A stretch of DNA of 64,000 nt, from the NCBI GenBank assembly GCA_951406725.2, contig OX597827.1:23498001-23562000 (forward strand), read 5' to 3'. The position numbers and the translations under genes are program-made. Positions within the stretch are counted from its first letter, which is position 1. Each line of letters opens with the position of its first letter. The notes beneath the pieces were generated by a model. It was not told the origin of the DNA. It saw only the letters and a list, made by a program, of their open reading frames with translations, and ran no database searches. Source of the DNA: Octopus vulgaris. Taxonomy: Eukaryota. This document shows, one piece after another, positions 28,683-44,990 of the stretch.

Positions 28683-28778
28683 ATATATCTATACCTTTTT
28701 CCTTCTAAATGTCCTGAAAATGTATGTATGTATGTGATTGTATGTATGTATGTATGTATGTAAGTGTATGTATGTATG

Positions 28779-28844
<66 letters not shown>

Positions 28845-29079
28845 GACACACATGCGTGCAATAACCTTATATGCCGAACGTATGTATTCCAACTTTTATC
28901 TATCACTATTATATCGTTGTTAATCTGTTGTAAATCCTGGGATTTAAATCAACATTTTATGGCAGCTTTCGTATCCATATAATTTCTCAAAAATTAAAAC
29001 TGCATAAGCAATTATGCTAGCGTTAACTCTATTCCGCAGCATACGTACCTTCTTTAAATACGTTAGGTAAAATAAGATA

Positions 29080-29367
29080 CGAGGGACCTTGCACCCTCTG
29101 ATTTTCACCTCTTCCCAGTCATGAAGTTGTTTTTGAAAGGAAAGCGTTTCCCAGATGATGCAGCCTTGATTTCTGAAGTCACGTTCAGGTTGGAGGACCA
29201 AGCTGGGGTCTTCTACAAAAACGGTCTCCAGAGCTGCATCAAACAATGGGAGAAATGCGTAACTCTGGGTGGTTCCTATGTAGAAAAAGACTAATAACTG
29301 TGCCAAGTTTCGTTGCTCTACTGCTATGGGAAGTGGGTCAGGGGCATTACTTATTGAACGCCCCTCG
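29080..29367 (+). mobile_element. Internally deleted mariner derivative
   Basis: TA|cgaggg...ttattgaacgcccctcg|TA. The interior encodes DLAPSDFHLFP and the transposase C-terminus. Confidence 0.75.
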
Positions 29368-30039
29368 TATCTTACGTAAAAATACAAAATAAATTAAAAT
29401 ATAATATAAAATAAAATATAATATTTTCAGACTGCTTTTACATTTGGACCGAATGGTTAATAGTTATCAATTTTTACCTCTGATTATAAGTATATTTATG
29501 TCTATTATGAACCTTTGAAATTACACTTTTCACGATATCTTTATATAAGAAACATGAAATGAGTGAACAAGAGAGTATGCAAATGGTTTATGTATAATGT
29601 AACATTGACGCTTCTGTTCAGCTAAACACTAATGCTTCGAATGGAATATTTCCTGGCTGTCGTTGTATATAATAGATTCGTGAATAGTTAAGTAAATAGG
29701 TTAAATGTAAGCGGAGGAGTGACAACCTGTATACATGCCTCACACAACCAAATCTCTTCGTGTGCATCGTACTTTTATACAAATATATCTAAGTAGACAC
29801 GCACACACACACACACACACGCACACATACTCTCTTTTACCCTTTTACTTGTTTCAGTCATTTGACTGTGGCCATGCTGGAACAACCGCTTTAGCCGAGC
29901 AAATCGACCGCAGGACTTATTCTTTGTAAGCCTAGTACTTATTCTATCGGTGTCCTTTGCCGAACCGCTAGGTTACGAGGACGTAAACACACCAGCATCG
30001 GTTGTCAAGCGATGTTGGGAGGGGACAAACATAGACAAA

Positions 30040-30600
30040 CCCAAAGCAGCGGAATCCGCATGCATATCATTCGAGGATTTAGTGGGAATCTCTTCAAAGA
30101 AAATACTACTTCACATGAGTTCCAGGTATTTTGTAGTGGAAACGAGAACCTTGATGATGAAGAAGGCTGCGAACAACCTTGTGCGATTAACAACAACCAA
30201 TTAAGGAACATAATTGAAGCAGACCTACGCGAAACTACTCGAAAGGATGCAGAAGGACTAAATCTTGGCCATTCTATTTTTGTTCGATATTTAAACCACA
30301 TTGAAAATTCCAAAAAAGCTCCATAAATTAGTGCGGCACGATCTGGAGGAACATTTTAAAAATCACTGTTTTGATGTCTGCTCGGCGCTTCTTTTGTGCT
30401 CGGAAAGCGATCCATTTCCTGATTGCGTGTTGACATGTGAGGGTAACTGCATCCTGCATGACATCTCACATCATTTTGAGCAATGGTTGAACTGAGGGCA
30501 AAAACCAAAATACTTTCCCAAGCCAAAATTGCATCAAAAGGAGGTAATTGTGGCTGTTTTTGGTGTTCGGCAAAGGAACCATCTATTACTATTTCATGAG
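30040..30600 (+). mobile_element. Degenerate mariner transposase fragment (cecropia/Hsmar1-like)
   Basis: FCSGNENLDDEE, QLRNIIEADLRETTR, DPFPDCVLTCEG and KYFPKPKLHQK in shifting frames. Confidence 0.75.
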
Positions 30601-30883
30601 TTCTTGTGATATCATCTCAGCAGACGGAATATTTCTAGAAAATAGTCAAACTAGACCCAATATTGTCGTGTGTAGAAAAATCTTTTGTTATATTCATCTT
30701 TGACAAGACAGAGAACAGATAGAAAAATTTAACCTGCCACTAGACCCGAAGTTTATTACAGTTGAAATCTTCACGCATATATGTCTCTATAAGTAAGGTG
30801 ACCCCACCGCTCTATTATGTCTTCAGATAAGCCAAGGGCAGAGTACTCAAATGGCTAACTGCACATTTTATTTCTACTTCTAG

Positions 30884-30997
30884 ATCACACATTGGCAAAG
30901 TCCTCACATGCACGCTTACTTCCCGGCTTTGAATTCTTTCCCGGCTCTGTTGGCAGAAATGATTGCGGATGCCATTAATTGTTTGGGATTCACCTGG
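30884..30997 (+). CDS. HDC: Histidine decarboxylase-like (group II PLP decarboxylase) internal coding exon, 114 nt, phase 0/0
   Basis: Boundaries are ttctacttctag|ATC...TGG|gtaagt. Translates [38 protein letters not shown]. The [11 protein letters not shown] and AINCLGFTW motifs fit HDC better than DDC or TDC. Missed by the ORF track. Confidence 0.92.
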
Positions 30998-31880
30998 GTA
31001 AGTGACCACTTTCCACCATCTCCATAACCATATAAAAGTCTATGTTTTGCGGGTTTTTTTTCTTCTTTTACTTGTTTCAGTCTTTGGTCTTTCGTTGGTC
31101 TGGCGCGAGTAGGAAACACATGGCGCGAGTAGGAAACACATGGCATGGTGCCACGCAGTGGGACTGAACCCGGTACCATATGGGTGGGAAGCAAATTTCT
31201 TACCACACAGCCACGCCTGCACCTATATGTATATCATTATATTGTGTATGCGTGTGTTTGTGTGTGTATGTGTGTATCTCTTCACTCTTTTACTTGTTTC
31301 AGTCATTTGACTGCGGCCATGCTGGAGCACCGCCTTTAGTCGAGCAATACGACCCCGGGACTTATTCTTTGTAAGCCCAGTACTTATTCTATCGGTCTCT
31401 TTTGCCGAACCGCTAGGTGACGGGGACGTAAACACACCAGCATCAGTTGTCGAGCAATGCTAGGGGGACAAACACAGACACACAAACATATACACACACA
31501 CATATATATATATACATATATAGGACAGGATTCTTTCAGTTTCCGTCTACTAAATCCACTCACAAGGCATTGGTCGGCCCGGGGCTATAGCAGAAGACAC
31601 TTGCCCAAGATGCTACGCAGTGGGACTGAACCCGGAACCATGTGGTTGGTTAGCAAGCTACTTACCACACAGCCACTCCTGCGTGTATGTGTGTATATAC
31701 ATATGCATGTGCATAAATGAGTGTACGCATCTGTGCTAGTTGGAGACACATGCAATGGTGCAATGCAGTGGGACTGAACCCGGAATCATATGGGTGGGAA
31801 GCAAATTTATTACCACACAGCCACGCCTGCACCTATATGTATATCATTACATGTATGTGCGCGTTCATGTTTGTGTGTGT

Positions 31881-31922
<42 letters not shown>

Positions 31923-32067
31923 ATTGTTAAAATGACGTTAAGAAACAAAGCATCTCCCACATATTCCACAGTGGATGCTTTCTTTTTCCAATCTGGTTTG
32001 CTTCATGTACGACAGATTTAAAATTTTCTTATCAATTACATCGTTAATTTTTCTTTTCCTTAATTTT

Positions 32068-32368
32068 CTTTTGCTAGCTTCAGCTTGAGAGCTGCGGCCA
32101 TGCTGGGGCACCACCATTAGCTTTGCTACTCCTTCACTATTTGAAACCTCCTCTGATATGTGGCATTTGGTGAGTGGGGGTGTCTGATGTTGCTGCCATC
32201 ATCTACATTTCCTACCGCGAGTTAGGGTCATCCGGAATTCATACCAGGAGGTTCACTTTTGTTTTGAACATACCTACATCCACCCCATGTAGGTCTCTCG
32301 GGCTTTAGGGGAGGATATTGAAGAGTTGTGGTCCCTTGAAACCCAAGTTGTTTGCAGTCTCTGGTCCT
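32068..32368 (-). mobile_element. CR1-group LINE 3' end
   Basis: GPQLFNILP..DLHGVDVGMFKTK..IPDDP, then tail ggtggtgccccagcatggccgcag. Confidence 0.7.
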
Positions 32369-32369
32369 G

Positions 32370-32960
32370 TATCATGATAACAATGATGGGATTTTTGGCA
32401 CTATGCTGAAGCGCCCCCTTCTGCTGCTTGGGTAACTTTCAATTCCAAAGGTTAATACAAGTCCTTCCAACTCATTTTATAAGGTCTGTTGTGCTTGCAT
32501 TTTATTGGGTCCTCACTGGGACATTCCACCAGCATTCCTTATTATTATGAGTGGCTATGGCTTGGACCATATTGTGGATTCTTATTTCTTTGACCTCGGG
32601 ATTATCTTTCCGACGGATTTCATTATAGAGTCTCCTAGCTACAATGTCATGTCTCATCGGTAGATAATACTGAGGACACTTTTCGACAACTGCTTATGAT
32701 GTTGTTGATATCTTCGGTGTTAACACCTCAAAGTCTGCATCGGTTGTCACATTTTACTGCCTTTCCTGTATCTCTATCCCTTTTGTGCATCAGGTACTTG
32801 GTTGATATTTCCTCTTCCTGGATTGCAAACGCATACCCTTCAAAGTGGTAGGTAGTAATTCGGCTATTGGTCCATGATAAACTGCTTTGTGATCGATGTT
32901 ACTATCATCTCAGAGCTTTCTACTATCATATCCATGCATAGTCCTCTGCTCATATAGGCT
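32370..32960 (-). mobile_element. Degenerate R4/Dong-like fragment
   Basis: STKYLMHKRD..CDNRCRL..EDINNIISSC..RHDIVA (zinc knuckle and RHD) with stops. Confidence 0.65.
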
Positions 32961-33205
32961 CATCCTTTCATCTGATGATGCGTTACGGTAGAATCGTACG
33001 ATTGGCGCAGCTTACGGCGTTTAAAACAACGCATACAAGTTGGATGAGCAAACTAATATTCGTTACAAAAGCTACTTCCCGTCACTAATAGCTAATGTGT
33101 GTGTGTGTGTGTGCACGTATGTGTACGTATGTATGCATGTATATATATATGTGTGTGTGTGTATGTATGTGTGTGTGTATATATATATGTGTGTGTGTGT
33201 ATGTA

Positions 33206-33250
<45 letters not shown>

Positions 33251-33396
33251 CATATAAATATAATCATATATGTATGTATATATGCATATATTTATATATT
33301 ATTTATATTATAATATGATCAAACGCCACTCATCCTTTTCCGAGTAAGTTTTATCTATCTATCTATCTATCTATCTATCTCTCTCTCTCTCTCTCT

Positions 33397-33463
<67 letters not shown>

Positions 33464-33668
33464 TTTATATATAGAGAGAGACATATGCATGTATGCATGT
33501 ATGTATATATATATATGTATGTATGTACCCATATGTTTCTGTATGTTATGTATATATGTATATATATAATTATATGTCTGTGTGTGTGCGCGCGTGTGTA
33601 TATATAGACAGATAGATAGATCCTTATATGTTATGCATATATACACATATGTAGTACGCGTATATACA

Positions 33669-33716
<48 letters not shown>

Positions 33717-34048
33717 TATACATACATACATCTATGTGTGTGTGTGTGTTTGCGTGTATGCGTGTTGATGTATGTGTTAACGTGAAATACATTTTGTCTC
33801 TGGCTTCGTGACTCATTTATGGAATCTGGCATACGGCTGTCTCGTTTTCCATATTGTACCTGACAGATTCTCTTTCATTTATACCGCATAGACACCAAAA
33901 TGTATATTTTGTTAATACGTGTGTGCATATATATGAATATGTATGTGTTTATGTATGTATGTAAGTACATACATATACGTACACACACACACAGATATAT
34001 ATAGATATAGATAGATAGATAGATAGATAGACAGACAGATAGACCGAC

Positions 34049-34082
<34 letters not shown>

Positions 34083-34148
34083 ATAGATAGACAGACAGAA
34101 AGACATATAGATAGATAGACAGGCAGACAGACAGACAGACAGACAGTC

Positions 34149-34187
<39 letters not shown>

Positions 34188-34192
34188 TAGAC

Positions 34193-34269
<77 letters not shown>

Positions 34270-34734
34270 TCCACGCGCGTGTTTATGATGTTTAGTCATC
34301 GTCCATCTTAATCAAAGTTCGGTCTTGCCTTGCACTAATTTCAGATGTCTTACTTAGATTTAAAAGCCTCGTCTTGCTTTTAACTCCATCATTACATGTC
34401 ACTTAGCACACTTCTATAACAGCTGCCTACAATCTTTGCGTTGTTTTCTTTTGTTTATTTCCTTTTCTACATTTGTATTTATTTCTTAGAATGCAAATCC
34501 GTTTCAATAACCCTTCCGCCATATTTGTGTCTATAATAATTCTGGAGACAGTATGAACGTCACAGCAGCTCGTTTTACCATTTCGAAAATAGGAGTTTGT
34601 AGCTATAGCATCCAGTTTCAAATTCTGTTCGCAGCCATTTTACTCCGTTCATATGGTTTCAGAGGTATGGCCAAACTGAGGCACTACCTTTTAGGGTAAC
34701 GTCAATTAGAATAATCCCAGTACATATTTTAATC

Positions 34735-35270
34735 CCTGGGACTTTGATTTCCTGACAGACAGAGTGTTAGAGCACCAAACCTTATGTAACCTTTAGTTGA
34801 GAGACAAACAAGAGTGCCGCTAGCACATCAGCGTAGTAGTACCAGGAGATCAACATATCATCATGAAAGAAAGAGAAAAGGTTGATAAATATGGGGACCT
34901 GAGAATTGATATCGCTAAGATGTGGCAGCTACGAGAATCAAACATAAAGGCTATTCTTGTCATCGGAGCATTTGTTTCAATACTATCCAATCTGAAAAAT
35001 CATCTGAAAAACTTAGAGGTACCCTACAATCTAGATGTATTACAAATGTCGACATTGCTTGGAACTAGCTAGGTCCCTATTTATTGATCTGTTTTAAGTT
35101 GACAGTGTCTAGTTCATGAGGGCCTTGTTGTGACTTGACAAACAGTACAAACCCGGTAGGACAGTTTCTGTTATTTATATCGCTGAACTTAACAAAAATC
35201 CTCAGAAACTCTATCTGAATGCGACCTGGATGACCGACTGCGAATACATCGAACATCAGGCTAAAATATC
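34735..35270 (+). mobile_element. R4/Dong-like 3' fragment, near-duplicate of 35713-36043
   Basis: Encodes MKEREKVDKYGDLRIDIAKMW..LQMSTLLGT, the same peptide as the downstream copy. Confidence 0.8.
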
Positions 35271-35292
35271 TGAGAATTAAATTAGCATCCAT

Positions 35293-37118
<1,826 letters not shown>

Positions 37119-37137
37119 GATAGACAGACAGACAGAC

Positions 37138-37202
<65 letters not shown>

Positions 37203-37203
37203 T

Positions 37204-37260
<57 letters not shown>

Positions 37261-37723
37261 CATGCAGACAAACAGACAGATAGACGGTTAGATGGATGGT
37301 TTGAGAGAAATTGTGAGAGGCGTAGAGAGGAGTTGCAAGTCTACCAAAAGCTGATGAATCTGCCGTGATAAATGATTTATTATATTGATGGGAAGGTTTT
37401 GGTTTTAATTTCGCTGCTGCCGAGATTTTAAGTAACAAATCCAGCGAAAGCATCAACAACAACAACATCAATAAAAGTAAGAATGGGCTTCGTTGAACAA
37501 AAAGATTCATGCATTCGATATGTATTCCTGTATTCCTTGATTTGTGTTTTTTTTTCCTTTCTTTCTGCAAAACATCATATTAGCAATCTTCTTCATGTAA
37601 TCATCGCATTCTTAACCTTGCCAATCGATTTGTCAATAATCATTATATTAAAGAGTTCCTTTATATTAATACTTTACACTATCATTATTATTATTATTGT
37701 TGTTGTTGTCGTTGTTGTTGTTG

Positions 37724-37793
<70 letters not shown>

Positions 37794-37934
37794 CTGTACT
37801 TATTCTTTTTTGTTTCTTATTGTTAATATTATTTTATATATTATTCTAGTCGTTTTACTATTTTTTTATTTTACTCTCTCTCTCTCTCTCTCTTCCCCCC
37901 TCTCTCTCTCTCTCTCCCTCTCCTTCTCTTTTAC

Positions 37935-38064
37935 CTGAATTCATTTTACCAAAAGATTCTCCGTACGTGATTCCTGGTGGTTTTGAGGCAATAGCAATCT
38001 CACCGTTTTCGAGGTTCGAAGTTGGTCCGGCGTGTGAGGGGGTGGCGTCAAGCAAAACCGACAT
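37935..38064 (-). CDS. Putative first coding exon of an unidentified antisense gene
   Basis: Non-repetitive, GC-richer island between microsatellites. ATG at 38064 gives MSVLLDATPSHAGPTSNLENGEIAIASKPPGITYGESFGKMNS, then donor CAG|GTAAAA (130 nt, phase 1). Confidence 0.5.
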
Positions 38065-38131
38065 AAAAGATTTAAAAAGAAAAACACGTTAAAAAAATAT
38101 ATAATAAAATGTCCGATGAAGTGTGTAGAGT

Positions 38132-38191
<60 letters not shown>

Positions 38192-38309
38192 ACATACAGA
38201 CAGACAGACACACATAAATGTATGTATATATATATATACATACATACAGACACACATACACACACGTTTATGTAGCTTCATATATACATACATATACACA
38301 TACATATAC

Positions 38310-38344
<35 letters not shown>

Positions 38345-39145
38345 TATATGTGTGTGTGTGTGTGCGTATTGTGTATAAATATATATATATATATATATAC
38401 ATGTACGTATATATATTAGTGTATCTGTATATACATATATGTATGTATGTGTGTGTATATATACATATATATATGTATGTATACATCCACACACACACAC
38501 ATACAGGGAGGTCTGTGTTGGCGTGAATTGGTTTTCTATGTTAATGGAGGAGCGGTTCGTCATATGCCTATGTTTAGATGTCTGTATGTAGGGATTGATA
38601 TGTGCGTCTGTGCGTGAGTGTATGTTTAAAGAGGAGAGCTAATCAAAAGAAGATTTACAATTTCACATCGAACACATGCGTAGAGATTTCAACGGATATA
38701 CAGAATTAACGTAACTTTTGTTTGATGTCAGAATTACATTAATGCTGTTCCCGGATAAGGTCGTCAAATTAATCTGTAAAATCTTAAATTTTAACTCTTA
38801 TTAGACCAAGCTTCTGAGTTCTAAAATGACTAAGACCGACTTTACCTTTCAGATACTCAAGTTTGAAAGAATTGATACCAGTAATACGCTGGGCTACATA
38901 CTGTCGATAATATTGCTATTTAACAAGAATAATATTATTGACATTGTTCCTTGCCAAATTAATTTAATCAATGTTACTACCTATTTTATTATCACCGGCG
39001 TAACTATATTATAAGTAGCTCGCTTCTTGGTTGCGAGTTCAGTCCCACTGCGTGGCACCTTGGGCAGGTGTCTTATATTATAGCCTCGGGCCGACCAGAG
39101 CCTTGTGAGGGGATTTGGTAGAAGGAAACTGAAAGAAGCCCGTCG

Positions 39146-39176
<31 letters not shown>

Positions 39177-39377
39177 AAACGCGGGTGTGGGTGTGTAGTA
39201 AGTAGCTTGCTTACCAACCGCATGGTTCCGGGTTCAGTCCCACTGCTCTTAGCTTAGTCTTTCCTTGGGGCTGGCCAGATTCGAGCAATCTCGAGTATAA
39301 CCAACCGAAATTGCCAAGATAATTTGGAACTCGACTGAGGAAAAAAAATTTCGAAAGACCCGTCCTTGTTTTCTTTG

Positions 39378-39435
<58 letters not shown>

Positions 39436-40424
39436 ATGTATGTATATATGTATATGTATCTATGTATTTGTAGAATAGTTAGGGATTACCCCAAAACGCT
39501 TACCGGTTCGCTATGAAACTTCGTAATAATCCTTATTATTATTGTTGTTGTTGTTGATCTATATATATATATAGGAAAAATGGCACAACAAGGTGTTGTA
39601 ACAATATTTGTATTTTTAGATACATACATGCATATGTATGTGTGTATGTATGTATGTATGTATGTAGGTATGTATGTATGTATGAATGTATGTATGTGTG
39701 TATGTTTGTACGTACATATGTATGTATGTATGAGTGTGTATGTATGTATGTATGTATATATAACGAGATAGATAGATAGATAGATAGATATGACTGTATT
39801 TGTCTTTGTATTTGTGTTTGTCTCCCCCCACACACCATTTGACAACCGGTTTAAGTCACTGTAACTTAGCGATTCTGCAAAGCGGTGCCACAGCATGGCC
39901 GCAGTCTAATGACTGAAGCAAGTAAAAGAGAGATGAGAACAGTGAGTGCCTAAGTTCAAATCTCGTTCTTCCATTCTTCCATGATCAATAACATTGTTTT
40001 CTAAGTTTGGTACGAGGCTACGAAGTAGTGGAGAGAGACTTAAATTTAGATATTAAATTGGTCCCTCTACTTCTCTTTCTCGACTTTCGAAGAATAAAAA
40101 GCAAAGTTGAAGTCGGTGGGATTTAAACTCAGAACATAAAGTGTCATGATTAAATACCACCAGGCACTTTTTCTAACACTAATGATTCTACATTATTTAT
40201 ATTATATACATTATTTACATTTCATGGATATATGTCCTCATCTTGTTTGTTGTTAACACAAAGTTTGGGCTGATATGCCCTCCAGCTTTCATCAGGTCCC
40301 TTGGGCAAATTTCGAACCTGAGGTATTTTTCGGTGTTATTATTATTATCACACGAGCTTTTAGCGTAGTGGTTAAGAGCGCGGGCTACTAACCCCAGGAT
40401 TCTGAGTTCGATTCCTAGCAGTGA

Positions 40425-40767
<343 letters not shown>

Positions 40768-41383
40768 CATTCCAGTACATACAGTACATTCCATCATTCC
40801 AGTACATACAGACCGAACCATCATTCCAGTACATACAGACCGAACCATCAAATGTAACGATTCTGTGGGACTTTCCAGTACATACAGACCGAACCATCAA
40901 AGCCATAAACCAGATATTGTTGTGAAAGACAAAAACAATAAAGTTTGCTTATTGATCGACATGAGCATCCCCTGTGATCATAATATCTCGGCGAAAGAGT
41001 TTGACAAGCTCAGAAAATATAAAGACCTGCTCATTGAAATTGAGAAAATGTGGCATCTCAAGGCGGTTACAATACCAGTAATCGTAGGAGCACTAGGAAT
41101 GATCAAGAAGGGAACCGAAAATTATATGAGAATGATCCCTGGCTTACCATCCCTGCAAGAAGTGCAAAATATTGTCTTAACTGGTACATCACACGTATTG
41201 AGAAGAGCATTGTCGCTTTGAGAGCTGTTACTGCCCATGTATTTTAATTTAACCTAAAAAAAAAAAGGAACGAACTATTGAGTTTGGTTTAATGGCCTAC
41301 CAATGTATACTATGAGTTTCTTTGCCCTAGGAGTCGGGAAGACGCTCGGCAAGAAATGGAAGCAAATTTGAAAGAAGAAGAAA

Positions 41384-41385
<2 letters not shown>
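40768..41385 (+). mobile_element. R4/Dong-like LINE 3' fragment (different subfamily)
   Basis: WDFPVHTDRTI..HKPDIVVKD..KLRKYKDL..PVIVGALG plus 3' UTR, between (AAT)n tracts. Confidence 0.85.
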
Positions 41386-41463
<78 letters not shown>

Positions 41464-41464
41464 T

Positions 41465-44070
41465 AATAAAATTTGGAATAAAATTTGGGCAGAAGAAAAA
41501 ACACACAACGAAAAGGCCCCCTGGATTGACAGAATATCTACAGAACTGGACCCCTTAGAAGAGCAAAAGTGGGAGGGTGTCAAGGTTGAAGATATAAGAT
41601 CTGCTCTCAAGAGGTCAAGCAAATGGAAGTCTCCAGGAAAGGATAAAATTCCTAACTTCTGGCTGAATGCCTTCCCAGAGAGCCATGAACTGCTAACAGA
41701 ACTGTACAATGATGTTTCGCAACACCCTAGTAGGATGCCTCCTTGGCTAGTTAATGGGTTAACATTCCTGCTTCCAAAAAGTGAAGAAACAAATGAACCA
41801 AAAAACTATAGACCCATAACCTGCTTAACAACTATGTACAAAACGCTAACATCTGTCCTGACGGAATATACTTATAGTTTTTTAACAGACAGCAGCATAT
41901 TCCCTAATGAACAGAAAGGATGTAAACGTGGATCCTACGGCTGTAAAGATCAACTACTCATCAATAAGATGATCTTAGAAGATTGTCACAAAGGACACAA
42001 AAACTTATCAATAGCCTGGATAGACTATAAAAAGGCTTTTGATAGCCTACCACATAGCTGGATTAGGAAATGTATAAGATAGCACCTACTCTGCGAAACT
42101 TTTTGACTGTAAGTATGAGATCATGGAGAACCACACTAACTCTGAACAGTGACAATGAATCCCTAAATGCTGGTGATGTAAAAATTTCGTGTGGCATTTT
42201 CCAGGGTGACTCACTGTCACCACTCCTCTTTTGTTTAGCCTTAATACCTCTCTCAAAACTGCTCAATGACGCGCAGTACGGGTATAAAATGTTTGATAAA
42301 AATATAAACCATCTCATTTACATGGATGATTTAAAGCTTTTTGCAAAAAATGACCAACAATTCAAGGGCTTACTAGCGATAGTCAAACAATTCAGTGACG
42401 ACATCAGAATGCAATTCGGCCTCGATAAATGTGCAAAAGCTACCTTTATCAAAGGAAACATGACAGAAACATCTAACGTTAACCTTGACCAGCAGAATAT
42501 CATAAAAGAACTAGACTCAGCGGAGAGCTACAAGTACCTAGGGGTAATTGAAGGGAACGGAATAAGGCATTCAGAGATGAAGGAAAGGATCAGGAGAGGA
42601 TGTTATCGAAGAGTGAGAGCAATACTCAAGACAGAGCTGAATGCAAGAAACAGGATCGAAGCGATCAATGCATTAGCCATACCAGTCGTGACTTACAGTT
42701 TCAATATCGTTAACTGGTCAATTACTGAAATATGTCAGCTCGACAGAAAAATAAGAAAACTGTTGACAATGCATAGAATGCACCACCCTAAGGCAGATAC
42801 AGAGCGACTTTATCTGCCAAGAAAAGAGGGAGGCCGTGGTCTTTTGCAACTGGCAGTAACAATGAAGATTGCTACATTTGGCCTAGACACCCTACCTGAA
42901 AAACTCTGAGGACTGGATGTTAAAACTTGTCTCAAAACATGAAAACAAGAAAGCATCATACTCAGTAACAAAACAGGCAAAGGAATATCTAAGTGAATTC
43001 CGAATACAACCAATTTCGGAATTAGAGATAGACATACAAGAAACAAGCACAGAAAAAGCTAGGCGCATGAAAACCCGTGCCAAAACTGCGGCCTTAGATA
43101 CTCTGAATAATAAATGGCAAGAAAAACCTCTCTATGGCAAATGCCCAAAGAGAGCGAATAATGCAGATATTGACAAAGCCCTGACCCATCAATGGCTAAT
43201 GGCCTCTGGCTTAAAATCTGAAACAGAAGGGTTTATCATAGCAGCTCAAGATCAATGCCTACCAACAAGAAACTACCAGGCCAACATATTAAAGAACGGC
43301 AGTAGCCCAACATGTCGTGTATGCCGACGACAAAATGAAACCATTGATCATGTTGTCTCCAAATGCAGTCTTCTAGCGCCTACAGAGTATCTCAACAGGC
43401 ATGATAGAGCTGCACAATATATTCACTGGGTAATTTGCAAAAACCTGGATTTGCCCCATGAAAAAAACTGGTGGGAACACAATCCATCTCCAGTGCTTGA
43501 AAATGACCACATCTCACTCCTCTGGAACTTCACCATCCAAACTGACAGAAAGATAGATGCAAATAGGCCAGACATCATATTGAAAGACTTCAGACAAAGA
43601 ACATGCCTCCTCGTTGATATGACTGTCCCAATCGATATAAACGTATCTGTCAAGACCTACCAAAAACTGAGCAAATATAAAGAACTTGAAATAGAAATCA
43701 GCAAAATGTGGAACCTGAAGACTAAAACAGTACCTGTTGTCATAGGTGCCCTGAGAATGATAGCGAAAGGGGCTGATTGCTACCTAACTCAGATACCAGG
43801 AAACCCCAAAATGGCAGAAATTCAAAAGATAGTGCTCATGGGAACTGCTCATATCCTACGCAAAATACTCTCTATGTAATCCCAAGGTTTAAAACAAACT
43901 TTTTTTTTAATTTATGTATTAGACATTCACTAGTACAACACCAAAAAAACACACAAATATATGGCACACTAGGTATAACAACAACCTTAACTTCCAACCT
44001 GTTGTCTCTTGAGGTCTCTCGGTGAGACTTGGAGCCAACTTGTACAGACATAAAGCAAAAGTCAAACATA

Positions 44071-44072
<2 letters not shown>
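41465..44072 (+). mobile_element. 5'-truncated R4/Dong-like non-LTR retrotransposon (RT plus C-terminal restriction-like endonuclease)
   Basis: PKNYRPITCL, WIDYKKAFDS, GIFQGDSLSPLLF, YMDD, YKYLG, CCHC knuckle CRVC..ETIDHVVSKC, RHD and RPDIILKD..KLSKY. Two frameshifts. Flanked on both sides by (AAT)n. Confidence 0.93.
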
Positions 44073-44135
<63 letters not shown>

Positions 44136-44354
44136 TTAATAATAATGAAATAATAATAATAATAATAATCACAGCACATACCTAAGGCACACAGAGCTGC
44201 GCTCGGTAGTGAAGTGAAAGCACGCTATAAAAATAAAACTACTGAACAATAATAATAATAGTAATAATAATAATAATAATAATCCTTTCTAATATAGGCA
44301 CAGGGATGCTAACGTCCAGCGTACTAACGATAATAATGCTAATAATAATAATTT

Positions 44355-44990
44355 TTTTACTCCAGGCACAAGGCCGAAATTTTAGGGGATGTGGTGAGGC
44401 AGTCGCTTAGATTGACGCCAGTACGCAACTGGTACTTAATTTATCGACTCCGAAAGGATGAAAGGCAAAGTCGACATCGGCGGAATTTGAATTCAGAACG
44501 TAGCAGCAGACGAAATACCTATTTCTTTACTACTCAAAAGGGGCTACACACAGAAGGGACAAACAAGGACAGACAAACGGATTAGGTCGATTATATCGAC
44601 CCCAGTGCGTAACTGGTACTTATTTAATCGACCTCGAAAGGATGAAAGGCAAAGTCGACCTCGGCGGAATTTGAACTCAGAACGTAAAGGCAGACGAAAT
44701 ACCGCTAAGCATTTCGCCCGGCGTGCTAACGTTTCTGCCAGCTCACCGCCTTAAAATATTTATTTATTTATTGTCCACAAGGGGCTAAACATAGAGAGCT
44801 AAACAAGGACAGACAAAGGGATTAAGTCGATTACATCAACGCCAGTGCGTAACTGGTACTTATTTAATCGACCCCGAAAGGATGAAAGGCAAAGTCGACC
44901 TCGGCGGAATTTGAACTCAGAACATAACGGCAGACGAAATACTGCTACGCATTTCGCCCGGCGTGCTAACGTTTCTGCCAGCTCGCCGCC
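44355..44990 (-). mobile_element. Three head-to-tail copies of SINE family B
   Basis: The unit ccgaaaggatgaaaggcaaagtcgac..ggcggaatttga recurs at ~44450, 44635 and 44875. Confidence 0.85.

Noticed and set aside
40768-40900. CRISPR-like short direct repeats
   Set aside because: Eukaryotic context, no unique spacers or cas genes; the repeats derive from the adjacent LINE.
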